Made by a program: the position numbers and the translations under genes. From NCBI GenBank assembly GCA_041649175.1, contig JBAZNR010000001.1:975497-1039496 (forward strand): a DNA stretch of 64,000 nt, written 5' to 3'. Position 1 is the first letter of the stretch; every line of letters starts with the position of its first letter. The DNA comes from Candidatus Omnitrophota bacterium (GTDB lineage Bacteria; Omnitrophota; Gorgyraeia; Zapsychrales; JBAZNR01). Below are positions 8,284-17,559 of the stretch, piece after piece. The notes under the pieces were generated by a model. The model ran no database searches and was not told the DNA's origin. It worked only from the letters and a program-made list of their open reading frames with translations.

Positions 8284-10077
8284 ATGAAAAATTATTTTAA
8301 GCTTTTGCGCTTCTTAAAGCCCCACTCCAAGACATTGGTTTTGGCCTCTTTTTTTATGTTCATTTCCGCTATCTTCGACGGAGTTCAGCTGTCTTTGATG
8401 GTTCCTATTACCGATAAGATCCTCAGCAAAGGAACGATCATCTTGCCCGGTAAGGCCCCCGAATTCATCACAAATTTGATCGATCAAATTAACGCGACTC
8501 CTTCCATGACATTATTGTGGGTTATGGCGGTTGGCGTTGTTGTGATGTTCATCCTGAAAGGGTTTTTTGGTTTTTGGTACGGGTATCTGATGAACGATGT
8601 TTCTCAGAAAGTTATGCGCGACATCCGTTTTCAGCTTTACGAAAGAATTCAAACTCTATCATTGGAGTATTTTGGAAAGAAACGCAGCGGGGAGTTGATC
8701 GCGCGCATTACCAATGATGTGCAGGTGGTTGAAAACGCGGTTTCTTACGGCATAACGGATTTTATTTATCAGACATTTAAAGTGATCATGCTGACGGCTA
8801 TTTTGTTCTTCATCTATTTTAAGTTGGCTGTTTTGACTTTTCTTTTATTTCCCCTTATTGCTTTGCCAATGCGCCAAATAGGCAAGAGATTGCGCAAACT
8901 TTCCAAGAGTTCCCAAGAAAAAATGGCTGACATCAATTCTTTTCTCATCGAAACAATTTCCGGCGTGCGCATTGTTAAGGCATTTTGCATGGAGTCGTAT
9001 GAGATCAAGCGCTTTGCGCAGCAAAATCAGGATTTTTATAAGATAAAAATGAAAGGGTTGCAAAGAAGCCTTTTGGTCAATCCGATCACCGAGCTCGTTG
9101 GTGTTTTCTGCGGCGTTGCGATCTTCTGGTGGATGGGCCGCCAAGTGATCGCCGGCAGCGTGTCGTTTGGAATTTTCGGGTTTTTCTTCGGCTCTATGAT
9201 GTCTTTGATCAATCCTTTAAAGAAATTGGCCAATGTCAATGCTTTAACACAACAAGCTTTAGCGGCTAACGAACGTATTTATGATGTCTTAGAATCCAAA
9301 CCAACGGTTGTTGAGTCGCCGGATGCCAAGCAGATCGGGATCATCCGAGATCGCATAAAGTTGCAGGATATCAGCTTTCAATATGATAAAGAATCCGGCG
9401 ATGTTCTTAAAAATATCAACCTGGAGATCAGGGCTGGCGAGTTGGTGGCTATTGTTGGCCCGACGGGAACGGGGAAATCAACCCTGGTTAATCTTATCCC
9501 GCGTTTTTATGATCCGTCTTGCGGTGTTGTGATGATGGATGGGGTGAATTTACGAGATGTGAGCTTCCAGTCTTTGCGCGGGCAGATAGGCATCGTGACG
9601 CAGGAAACGATCCTTTTTAATGATACGGTCCGCAATAATATTGCTTATGGTTACTTGGATGCTTCACTCAAGGAGATCGAGTCTGCCGCGCAAAAAGCCT
9701 TCGCGCATCAATTTATCATGGAAATGCCTAGCGCCTATAACACGATTATCGGTGACCGAGGGTTTCGGCTTTCCGGAGGGGAAAAACAGCGTATCGCGAT
9801 CGCCAGGGCTATTTTGAAAAATCCGCCGATTTTGATCCTGGATGAGGCTACTTCGCAGCTAGATTCAGAATCGGAACGGCTTGTCCAAGAAGCACTGGAT
9901 AAGTTGATGAACGAAAGAACGGTTGTTTGTATCGCTCACAGGCTTTCCACCATCAAAAAAGCCACAAAAATCGTGGTTTTGAATGAGGGGCAAATTGTGG
10001 GCTTAGGGACGCATGAGGAATTGCTTAAAACCTGCAGTCTGTATCAGAGACTCTACGAAACGCAATTTCAGATGTAA
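8284..10077 (+). CDS. msbA: MsbA-like lipid A/lipid ABC exporter (fused permease and ATPase)
   Basis: ORF 8263..10077, with the likely start at MKNYFKLL (8284). Six-TM ABC exporter domain followed by an NBD with Walker A GPTGTGKST, signature LSGGEKQR and Walker B ILILDEAT. Confidence 0.8.
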   Translation: MKNYFKLLRFLKPHSKTLVLASFFMFISAIFDGVQLSLMVPITDKILSKGTIILPGKAPEFITNLIDQINATPSMTLLWVMAVGVVVMFILKGFFGFWYGYLMNDVSQKVMRDIRFQLYERIQTLSLEYFGKKRSGELIARITNDVQVVENAVSYGITDFIYQTFKVIMLTAILFFIYFKLAVLTFLLFPLIALPMRQIGKRLRKLSKSSQEKMADINSFLIETISGVRIVKAFCMESYEIKRFAQQNQDFYKIKMKGLQRSLLVNPITELVGVFCGVAIFWWMGRQVIAGSVSFGIFGFFFGSMMSLINPLKKLANVNALTQQALAANERIYDVLESKPTVVESPDAKQIGIIRDRIKLQDISFQYDKESGDVLKNINLEIRAGELVAIVGPTGTGKSTLVNLIPRFYDPSCGVVMMDGVNLRDVSFQSLRGQIGIVTQETILFNDTVRNNIAYGYLDASLKEIESAAQKAFAHQFIMEMPSAYNTIIGDRGFRLSGGEKQRIAIARAILKNPPILILDEATSQLDSESERLVQEALDKLMNERTVVCIAHRLSTIKKATKIVVLNEGQIVGLGTHEELLKTCSLYQRLYETQFQM

Positions 10078-10130
10078 GCTTTTGGCCAGAAATCCGCCGA
10101 TTTTCGCTTAAATCCCGAAGAAATAAAAAG

Positions 10131-10159
10131 TTGCAAAAAAAACGATTATTGGGTATACT
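10131..10159 (+). promoter_or_regulatory. Strong sigma70-like promoter TTGCAA-17 nt-TATACT for the rpsB-tsf-pyrH-frr operon
   Basis: ttgcaa 10131-10136 and tatact 10154-10159. A GGAGGA RBS follows (10188-10193) 4 nt before the ATG at 10198. Confidence 0.55.
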
Positions 10160-10197
10160 ACTTCAACAAAAATTCAAGAATACAAAACGGAGGAGTA

Positions 10198-11055
10198 ATG
10201 ACTGACGAATTAATTAAACAACTTTTGGAAGCGGGTGTCCATTTTGGGCATCAGACAAAGCGCTGGAATCCGAAAATGAAGAAGTACATTTTCGGGCAAA
10301 GAAGCGGTATTTACATCATTGACCTTGAGAAAACAGTCGAGTGCCTTAATAAGGCGCGTGATTTCTTGCATGGCATTGCCTTAAAAGGGGGTAATGTTCT
10401 TTTTGTCGGAACAAAAAAGCAAGCTCAGGATGTTATGGAGGCCGAAGCGACACGTTGCGGTATGTATTATGTTAAGTATCGCTGGTTGGGAGGCCTGATG
10501 ACCAATTATCAAACAGTTAAGAAATCCGTCGAGAGAATGAAGGCGATCGAGAAGATGGCGGAAGACGGAACGTTTGAAAAATTGACCAAAAAAGAAGTTG
10601 CTGTACTCAATAAAGAAAAAGATAAATTATTGCGCGATCTTAAAGGGATCCGTGACATGGGCATGCGTTTGCCGCAGGCCATTGTCATGGTTGATTCCAA
10701 GAAAGAAGAAATCGCTGTTCGCGAAGCCAGCCGTCTTAAGATTCCTATTGTTGGGTTCATTGATACCAATTGCGATCCGGATTCCATTGATTATGTTATT
10801 CCCGGCAATGATGACGCCTTAAAATCTATCCGCCTCGTTGTCTCGCTTTTGACGGATAGTATCATCGAAGGAAAGAAAGAATTTGCGGTCGGTGAGCGGG
10901 TGAAGGCAGCGGCTGCCGAAGAAGAGGCCAATGCCGCCAAGGAAGAGGTCGCTATCTTACCTGAGGTTTTAGAATCATTCGAAGAAGCCCCGGAATTAAC
11001 GGCTGAGCAAAAACGCGGGCCTACCAAGGTTCGTTTAGGCCGAGATAAGAAATAG
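10198..11055 (+). CDS. rpsB: 30S ribosomal protein S2
   Basis: [15 protein letters not shown] signature. 285 aa with an acidic/Ala-rich C-terminal extension. Confidence 0.95.
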   Translation: MTDELIKQLLEAGVHFGHQTKRWNPKMKKYIFGQRSGIYIIDLEKTVECLNKARDFLHGIALKGGNVLFVGTKKQAQDVMEAEATRCGMYYVKYRWLGGLMTNYQTVKKSVERMKAIEKMAEDGTFEKLTKKEVAVLNKEKDKLLRDLKGIRDMGMRLPQAIVMVDSKKEEIAVREASRLKIPIVGFIDTNCDPDSIDYVIPGNDDALKSIRLVVSLLTDSIIEGKKEFAVGERVKAAAAEEEANAAKEEVAILPEVLESFEEAPELTAEQKRGPTKVRLGRDKK

Positions 11056-11100
11056 TTTTTCCAAAGATTTTAAGCTATTTTAAGATAAGAAAGGAATGAC

Positions 11101-11631
11101 ATGGCTGTCTCTGCAACAGATATCAAGGAATTACGAGAGATGACCTCGTGCGGTGTTATCGAATGTAAAAAAGCTTTAGAAGAGGCCAAGGGCGACAAGG
11201 GCAAGGCCAAAGAAATTTTACAAAAAAGAGGCTTAGAAATAGCGGCGAAAAAAAGCAGCCGCACGGCCAATGAAGGGCGCGTGGAAGCGTATATTCATTT
11301 AGGTTCCAAAATCGGTGTTCTTTTAGAAGTTAACTGCGAAACTGATTTTGTGGCGCGTAATGAAGATTTCTGCCGGTTCACCAAGGACGTGGCTATGCAA
11401 ATTGCCGCGACCGCTCCGAAATACATCAAAAAAGACGATATTCCTGCCGATATCTTGAAGGAACAAAAAAATCCTGATGTCTTTGTTAAAGAGCATTGCC
11501 TTTTAGATCAGGCGTATATCAAAGATCCTTCGATGAATATTCAAGGGTATCTTAATTCTTTGGTCGCTAAGATCGGTGAAAATATATCGATCGGCCGTTT
11601 TATCCGTTATAAGGTCGGTGAAGGTGAATAA
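11101..11631 (+). CDS. tsf: Elongation factor Ts (short form, 176 aa)
   Basis: N-terminal UBA-like [24 protein letters not shown] and core [16 protein letters not shown]. Confidence 0.9.
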   Translation: MAVSATDIKELREMTSCGVIECKKALEEAKGDKGKAKEILQKRGLEIAAKKSSRTANEGRVEAYIHLGSKIGVLLEVNCETDFVARNEDFCRFTKDVAMQIAATAPKYIKKDDIPADILKEQKNPDVFVKEHCLLDQAYIKDPSMNIQGYLNSLVAKIGENISIGRFIRYKVGEGE

Positions 11632-12343
11632 AAAAGCCATCTATAAGCGTATTCTTTTAAAGCTAAGCGGCGAAGCCCTTCAAGGGCGCCAGGCGCACGG
11701 CATTGACGCTGAGATGTGTGTTTCTTTAGCGGCGCAAATAAAAGAAGTGATCGGCCTTGGCGTGGAAGTCGCTTTAGTTGTTGGTGGCGGCAATATCTTT
11801 CGCGGCCAGGTTGAATCAGCGCGTTTTGGCTTGGATCGTTCTGTTGCCGATTATATGGGGATGCTGGCGACTGTCATCAATGGTTTGGCTCTCCAAAATG
11901 CTTTAGAACATAACGGAATTCCCACGCGTGTTTTAACCGCCATTGAAATGCGTGCTGTTGCCGAACCTTATATTCGCCGACGGGCTATGCGTCATTTAGA
12001 AAAAGGGCGCGTGATCATTTTCGTTGCAGGGACCGGCAATCCTTATTTCACGACTGATACGGCCGCGGCGCTTCGCGCCAAAGAGATCGGCGCGGAAGTT
12101 ATTTTAAAAGCGACCAAGGTTGATGGTGTTTATACGGCCGATCCCGTTAAGGTAAAAACAGCCAAGAAATTCTCTCGCCTGAAATTTATTGATGTCTTAA
12201 AAAAGAATTTAAAAGTCATGGATGCGACGGCAACTAGCCTTTGCATGGATAATAATCTGCCTATTGTTGTTTTTGACCTGACAAAGCCGGGGAATATCAA
12301 GCGCGTTGTCTTAGGAGAAAAGATCGGCACGACCGTTTGCTAG
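11624..12343 (+). CDS. pyrH: UMP kinase
   Basis: [13 protein letters not shown] plus [11 protein letters not shown] motifs. ORF track start is 11576; a GTG at 11624 gives the canonical N-terminus. The gene overlaps the tsf stop. Confidence 0.9.
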   Translation: MNKKAIYKRILLKLSGEALQGRQAHGIDAEMCVSLAAQIKEVIGLGVEVALVVGGGNIFRGQVESARFGLDRSVADYMGMLATVINGLALQNALEHNGIPTRVLTAIEMRAVAEPYIRRRAMRHLEKGRVIIFVAGTGNPYFTTDTAAALRAKEIGAEVILKATKVDGVYTADPVKVKTAKKFSRLKFIDVLKKNLKVMDATATSLCMDNNLPIVVFDLTKPGNIKRVVLGEKIGTTVC

Positions 12344-12391
12344 TTTTGTATTTTTGAATCCGGAAAAGCGTTTTTAGGGAGGGACCTACCG

Positions 12392-12955
12392 ATGAATATC
12401 AAAGATGTTGTCAGCGAAACAGAATTAAGAATGAAGAAAACGATGGAGTCGGTCTCTAGAGAATTCTCAGAAGTCCGTACCGGCCGTGCTCATCCGGGCC
12501 TCATCGAGGGAATGCATATCGATTATTACGGAACGCTGACGATGATCAAGCAAATTGCCAACATCTCCGTTCCTGACGCAAAGACAATTGTGATCCAGCC
12601 GTGGGATATTTCGGCGATCGCTGAAATAGAAAAGGCAGTTTTAAAATCCAGTTTGGGTGTGACACCGATGAATGACGGGAAGATCGTCCGTCTGTCCATT
12701 CCGCCGCTTTCTAAAGAACGCCGTCAAGAATTGGCCAAGGTTGTCAAAGACATGGGGGAAAATGGCCGCGTTTCTTTGCGTACGATCCGCCGCGATGCTA
12801 ATGAAAAGATCAAAAAGCTTAAAGCGGATAGCGTTATTTCGGAAGACGATAGTTTTAAAGGCCAAGACGCGGTGCAGAAGCTGACGGATAAGTTTATCGC
12901 GGAAGTTGAAAAGATCTCGGAATCAAAGAATAAAGAATTAGTCGATTTTGGATAA
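12392..12955 (+). CDS. frr: Ribosome recycling factor
   Basis: 187 aa. Typical RRF sequence (IRRDANEKIKKL...). Confidence 0.9.
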   Translation: MNIKDVVSETELRMKKTMESVSREFSEVRTGRAHPGLIEGMHIDYYGTLTMIKQIANISVPDAKTIVIQPWDISAIAEIEKAVLKSSLGVTPMNDGKIVRLSIPPLSKERRQELAKVVKDMGENGRVSLRTIRRDANEKIKKLKADSVISEDDSFKGQDAVQKLTDKFIAEVEKISESKNKELVDFG

Positions 12956-13052
12956 AGCATTTCCTGATTTTCCCGGCCTCCATTATTTCGTATCCGTACA
13001 ATAATCGCGGTCGTATTTAAAACGTTCATTGAAATTTTATCATTTGCTTTTT

Positions 13053-13128
13053 GACCCACTAGCTCATCTGGCAGAGCACCACCCTTTTAAGGTGGGTGTG
13101 CCGCGTTCGAGTCGCGGGTGGGTCACCA
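13053..13128 (+). tRNA. tRNA-Lys (anticodon UUU), CCA encoded
   Basis: Manual cloverleaf: acceptor GACCCAC/GTGGGTC, D-arm GCTC/GAGC, anticodon stem CCACC/GGTGG with loop CTTTTAA, T-arm CCGCG-TTCGAGT-CGCGG, then ACCA. Confidence 0.85.
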
Positions 13129-13212
13129 AATTTGTAAGATCAAAGTTAAGCGGAAGCGAATTTCTTATCGGGCATTACGCTTTTTAAGATTGAGCGGTCA
13201 TATATTCGGATC

Positions 13213-13297
13213 GGGCGGATGGCGGAATTGGCATACGCGCATGCCTTAGGAGCATGTCCCGAAAGGGTTGGAGGTTCAACTCCTCTTCCGCCCACCA
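13213..13297 (+). tRNA. tRNA-Leu (anticodon UAG), type II with long variable arm, CCA encoded
   Basis: Acceptor GGGCGGA/TCCGCCC, anticodon stem CATGC/GCATG with loop CTTAGGA, variable arm TCCCGAAAGGGTT, T-arm GGAGG-TTCAACT-CCTCT, then ACCA. Confidence 0.8.
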
Positions 13298-13423
13298 GAT
13301 TTTTACGAAGGATGCGCCAAAAGTTGTAAAAGTTGGAAGCTCAACCGCGCTTAGAAAATGTGGATCAACAGTTCTTTAATAGGCTAGCAGGAATATCTCA
13401 AAGTCGAAGACCAATAAAATCTT

Positions 13424-13495
13424 GCGACGGTAATTCAGCGGTAGAATGCCTCCTTGCCAAGGAGGATGTCATGGGTTCGATCCCCATCCGTCGCT
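13424..13495 (+). tRNA. tRNA-Gly (anticodon GCC), CCA not encoded
   Basis: Acceptor GCGACGG/CCGTCGC, D-arm ATTC/GAAT, anticodon stem CCTCC/GGAGG with loop TTGCCAA, T-arm ATGGG-TTCGATC-CCCAT. Confidence 0.85.
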
Positions 13496-13573
13496 TTTAA
13501 TTTAATTGAAAATCAATGTTAAACCCAAAACGACGAGGATTCCATTATGTTTGTTACCGAAGGAGGTACGTCC

Positions 13574-14044
13574 ATGAAGATCGGTGATTTTCTCTGCGAT
13601 GAGGCCGTGACGGCGGATTTAAAAGGGACGACCAAAAAAGATGTTATTGAAGAATTAGTTGATTTACTCATTGAAGCGAAAGCAGTTGAAAAAAAGAACA
13701 AAGCCAAACTTGTCGAGATTTTAATGGCCCGAGAAGCCTTAGGTTCAACGGCGATCGGCCAAGGCGTTGCCATTCCTCATGGCAAATGCGAATATGTTAC
13801 CGAATTAAAAGCTGCTTTAGGCATTAGCAAAAAAGGCGTTGATTTTGATTCTCTCGATGGAGAGCCCGCCTATATATTTTTCTTGCTCATTGCTCCCGCC
13901 GACTCTGCCGGGCCGCATTTAAAAGCCTTAGCTCGGATATCGCGTCTGCTCAAAGACAGATATTTCAGAGAAAGTTTAAAGCAGGCCAAAGACGAGAAAA
14001 GCATCTTAAAGTTTATATCTCAAGAAGATAAAAGAGCTCTTTAA
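13574..14044 (+). CDS. ptsN: PTS IIA-Ntr-type regulatory protein (EIIA fructose/nitrogen family)
   Basis: GQGVAIPHGK with the phosphorylatable His, preceded by an ALGSTAIG motif. AGGAGG RBS at 13561-13566, 7 nt before the ATG at 13574 (ORF track start 13547). Confidence 0.85.
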   Translation: MKIGDFLCDEAVTADLKGTTKKDVIEELVDLLIEAKAVEKKNKAKLVEILMAREALGSTAIGQGVAIPHGKCEYVTELKAALGISKKGVDFDSLDGEPAYIFFLLIAPADSAGPHLKALARISRLLKDRYFRESLKQAKDEKSILKFISQEDKRAL

Positions 14045-14049
14045 AAGCC

Positions 14050-15291
14050 ATGCTGCAGACCATTTTTAAATGGCTTTATCCCGGGATGAAAGTCAAGAGG
14101 TGGCTGGTGACCTCGCTTTCCGGCATTGTTGTCGTCGGGATCGGAGCTATTTTTACGACACAGCCGTACACCTTAGTAAGCAGCTTTGGTGTTATTATCA
14201 TTATTTGCGGGATCGTGCTGGTCGTTTTTGGCATTGGGAAAATGATCGTGTCATTGATCACGCTTTTTCTTCCCGAGCGCGAAAGAGATCTCGTTAATAT
14301 TCTTTTTGAGCGCCGTTATCTAGAGCGCGGCCCTAAAATTGTGGCGATGGGCGGAGGGCATGGCTTATCCAATCTTTTGTTGGGGTTAAAAGAATATACA
14401 TCGAATATTACGGCCATTGTAACGGTTGCCGATAGCGGCGGTTCGTCGGGTCGTTTGCGCGAAGAATTCAATATTGTCGCTCCCGGTGACATTAGAAATT
14501 GTTTAGTGGCGCTTGCCGATACGCCGGCTTTGATGAGCCAATTATTTCAGTACCGGTTTTCCGAAAAATCTCAGCTTCAAGGGCATAGCTTCGGAAATCT
14601 TTTTTTAACAGCGATGGTCCAGTTAACCGGCGGAGATTTTGAAAAGGCTGTTAAAGAGTCAAGTAAGGTTTTGGCGATCCGAGGCAAAGTTGTTCCGTCA
14701 ACCGTGAGCAATGTTCACTTAGTTGCGGAATACGCCGATGGGAAGCGTACGGAAGGGGAAGCAAAGATCCCCAGGTCCAATGCGCGTATTAAACGTTTAT
14801 CTTTAAAGCCGGAAAATTCTAAGCCGACCGCTGATGCCTTAGAAGCCATTGCCAATGCCGAGATCATTATTTTGGGCCCGGGAAGTCTATATACGAGCAT
14901 TATCCCTAATTTGATCATTCATGGTATGACGGAAGCTATTGTGAATTCTTCGGCGTTTAAGATCTATGTGTGCAATGTGATGACCCAAAAAGGCGAAACA
15001 GAGAATTACGGTGCCAGTGATCATGTTAAAGCCATTGTTGAGCATACATCGCCTAAGATCATAGATGCGTGTTTAGTAAATAACGCGATCGCGCCTCCGG
15101 ATATGCTGGGCCGGTACAGCGCGGAAAATTCGTATCCGGTCACCCCGGATGTTGAAAAAATAAAAAAAATGGATTATATGGTTGCGGCGACGGATTTGCT
15201 GGGTGTTGACGATTATGTCCGTCACGATGCCAAAAAGTTAAATAAAGCCCTTATTGAACTCATCGAAACGAATAGGATCATAAAAAGATAA
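14050..15291 (+). CDS. YvcK/CofD-like (UPF0052, gluconeogenesis-factor family) protein with an N-terminal ~90-aa two-TM extension
   Basis: Core VAMGGGHGLSNLLLGLKEYTSNITAIVTVADSGGSSGRLR is typical of YvcK. It is preceded by hydrophobic helices WLVTSLSGIVVVGIGAIF and VIIIICGIVLVVFGIGKMIVSLITLF. Confidence 0.75.
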   Translation: MLQTIFKWLYPGMKVKRWLVTSLSGIVVVGIGAIFTTQPYTLVSSFGVIIIICGIVLVVFGIGKMIVSLITLFLPERERDLVNILFERRYLERGPKIVAMGGGHGLSNLLLGLKEYTSNITAIVTVADSGGSSGRLREEFNIVAPGDIRNCLVALADTPALMSQLFQYRFSEKSQLQGHSFGNLFLTAMVQLTGGDFEKAVKESSKVLAIRGKVVPSTVSNVHLVAEYADGKRTEGEAKIPRSNARIKRLSLKPENSKPTADALEAIANAEIIILGPGSLYTSIIPNLIIHGMTEAIVNSSAFKIYVCNVMTQKGETENYGASDHVKAIVEHTSPKIIDACLVNNAIAPPDMLGRYSAENSYPVTPDVEKIKKMDYMVAATDLLGVDDYVRHDAKKLNKALIELIETNRIIKR

Positions 15292-17267
15292 TGGTCAATC
15301 TTCTCTTAGCGATGCATAATCATCAACCCGTCGGAAATTTTGACGGTGTTTTTAAAGAGGCTTACGAAAAATCATATAGGCCTTTTCTTGATGTTCTTGA
15401 GCGTCATCCAAAGATCAAGGTTGCGCTTCACTATACGGGAAGCCTGCTGGATTGGCTGGAAAAAAATGAACCGGGATTTATCGCACGGATCAAAAAGTTG
15501 GTTAAGGAAGGGCGAGTGGAGATTTTTGGAGGCGGCTACTATGAGCCGATCCTTACCGTTATTCCTCATCAAGATGCCGAGGCTCAGTTAAATTTATTGA
15601 CGGAAAAGGTCAAGAAACTTTTTGGTTATGAAGCAAAAGGTGCTTGGATCGCCGAGAGAGTTTGGGAACCGAAGATGCCCGTTTTGTTCTCAAATTGTAA
15701 TTTAGATTACGGCATCGTGGATGATTCGCATTTTACCATGGTGGGCAAAAAACCCGAGGAGCTAAGCGGATTTTACGAGACGGAAGATGAGGGGAAACGC
15801 TTTAATTTATTCGCATGTTGCGAACAACTGCGTTATGTCATTCCGTTCGGAAAGCCGGAAAAAACGATCGAATATTTAAAAGCGCGTGAGCAAGATTGCC
15901 CGGAAGTGACGATCGCCTACGGGGATGACGGCGAGAAATTCGGCCTTTGGCCGGGAACTTACAAATGGGTTTATGAAGAAGGTTGGCTAGAGAAGTTTTT
16001 TACTATTCTCGAGCAAAATAGTTCTTGGCTTCAAACGATGACGTTTAAGGAATACTACGATACACATTTACCGACGGATCGCGTCTATCTTCCATGCGCC
16101 AGCTACCGGGAAATGCTGGAATGGTCGAAAGGCTTCTATCGGAATTTTATGGTTAAATATCCGGAAGTTAATTTAATGCATAAGCGCATGCTTCAAGTGA
16201 GCCATAAGATCGATACGGCGAAGAATTTGACCAAATCAGAAACTACGAAAGCCAGAAAGCACCTTTTAATGGCGCAAGCTAATGACGCCTATTGGCACGG
16301 AGTTTTTGGCGGGCTTTATCATAATCATTTACGAAGTGCTGTTTATCAAAATCTCATCAAGGCGGAAAGCCTTCTTGATGCCGCAACGAAAAGAAAGCCG
16401 GCTGTTCAATTGCGCGAAGTGGACGTAGATTACGACGGAGATAAGGAAATCATTATCGAGACAAAGAATAATAATTTTTATCTTAAGCCTAATGCGGGCG
16501 CGACGCTTTTTGGCTGGGACGTTAAAGACAAGACGTGGAATTTGGTTAATACGATCAGCCGTAAAGAAGAGATCTATCACAAAAAAATCCGGGAAAAAAA
16601 TAAGTCAAAAGAAAAAGAGCCCCAATCTAAAGAGGGCATTGCCACCATTCACGATAATTTTGTCCAAAAGCAAGACGACCTTGTGAATTTCCTTTTTTAT
16701 GATAAAAATCCGCGACATTGCCTGGTGGACCATTTTCTTTCCAATGACATTGAAGTTGCGCAATTCTTTAATAGCAGTTATGAAGAGTGTGGTGATTTTT
16801 CTACGGACCGCTATGAAGCGGCGATCAAAAAACACGGTTCCATTGATGAGATTGTTATGTCGTGTCGAGGGCATATCAATCATTATTTGTCGAATTTAAC
16901 TAAAAAGATCTCTCCCACGGAACATGGGCTGATGGTCCGTTATGATATAAAGAATTTGGAATCTAAAGAAGTAATTGACGCGACCTTTGGCGTTGAATTT
17001 AATTTCTCTCTTTATGATAAAGAATTGGCGGCCATGGGGCAGATCTTACAAAAAGACCATTTGCAAGTTCGCGACCAGTGGAATTCGTTCGTGATCGATT
17101 TTAAATTAAGCCAAAAGGCGAATGTGGCGCATTATTCGGTGGAAACAGTTTCGGATTCCGAGACGGGAATTGAAAAAACCTATCAACAGCTTTGCGTTGT
17201 TCTTCTTTGGCCTTTGAAGATAAATCCGAATGAATCATGGTCCGTTAATTTTTCCATGACAGCCTGA
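15291..17267 (+). CDS. Glycoside hydrolase family 57 protein (alpha-amylase/4-alpha-glucanotransferase type)
   Basis: N-terminus LLLAMHNHQPVGNF, HYTGSLLDWLE and GGGYYEPIL are GH57 hallmarks. 658 aa. Confidence 0.8.
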   Translation: MVNLLLAMHNHQPVGNFDGVFKEAYEKSYRPFLDVLERHPKIKVALHYTGSLLDWLEKNEPGFIARIKKLVKEGRVEIFGGGYYEPILTVIPHQDAEAQLNLLTEKVKKLFGYEAKGAWIAERVWEPKMPVLFSNCNLDYGIVDDSHFTMVGKKPEELSGFYETEDEGKRFNLFACCEQLRYVIPFGKPEKTIEYLKAREQDCPEVTIAYGDDGEKFGLWPGTYKWVYEEGWLEKFFTILEQNSSWLQTMTFKEYYDTHLPTDRVYLPCASYREMLEWSKGFYRNFMVKYPEVNLMHKRMLQVSHKIDTAKNLTKSETTKARKHLLMAQANDAYWHGVFGGLYHNHLRSAVYQNLIKAESLLDAATKRKPAVQLREVDVDYDGDKEIIIETKNNNFYLKPNAGATLFGWDVKDKTWNLVNTISRKEEIYHKKIREKNKSKEKEPQSKEGIATIHDNFVQKQDDLVNFLFYDKNPRHCLVDHFLSNDIEVAQFFNSSYEECGDFSTDRYEAAIKKHGSIDEIVMSCRGHINHYLSNLTKKISPTEHGLMVRYDIKNLESKEVIDATFGVEFNFSLYDKELAAMGQILQKDHLQVRDQWNSFVIDFKLSQKANVAHYSVETVSDSETGIEKTYQQLCVVLLWPLKINPNESWSVNFSMTA

Positions 17268-17295
17268 TCTGGTGAGAAGTTTGTTTTGAGATCTT

Positions 17296-17559
17296 ATGCC
17301 CAAAATCGAAAAAGAAGTTATGATCGGAAATCCTCAGGGCCTTCACGCAAGGCCGGCAGCCTTGTTTGTTCAGCTGGCTTCCAAGTTTGATTCTATGATC
17401 ACGGTGCGGCGGGGCGCAGAAAGAGTAAGCGGAAAATCCATTATGGGAATTTTGATGTTAGCGGCGGGAAAAAACGCAAAGGTTACGATCGAGGCTGACG
17501 GTGAAGATGCTCAGCAAGCGGTTGATGAATTAGAAAGGTTTTTAATTCAAAATGAGTGA
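17296..17559 (+). CDS. ptsH: Phosphocarrier protein HPr (or NPr)
   Basis: 87 aa. GLHARPAA active-site His15 motif and SIMGIL. Confidence 0.9.
   Translation: MPKIEKEVMIGNPQGLHARPAALFVQLASKFDSMITVRRGAERVSGKSIMGILMLAAGKNAKVTIEADGEDAQQAVDELERFLIQNE

Noticed and set aside
11101-11631. EF-Ts looks short (176 aa): possible truncation or pseudogene
   Set aside because: The ORF has an intact N-terminal UBA-like domain and core, ends in a normal stop, and is followed with an overlap by pyrH, consistent with a genuine compact EF-Ts.
12956-13052. tmRNA, 6S RNA or RNase P RNA in non-coding gaps near frr and the tRNAs
   Set aside because: The gaps are under 130 nt and show none of the conserved features, such as a tRNA-like acceptor with a resume codon (tmRNA), or the P4 pseudoknot motifs of RNase P RNA.
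13519-13773. 84-aa minus-strand ORF opposite ptsN
   Set aside because: It is antisense to a confidently identified ptsN and begins inside the tRNA-Gly flank without promoter or RBS.
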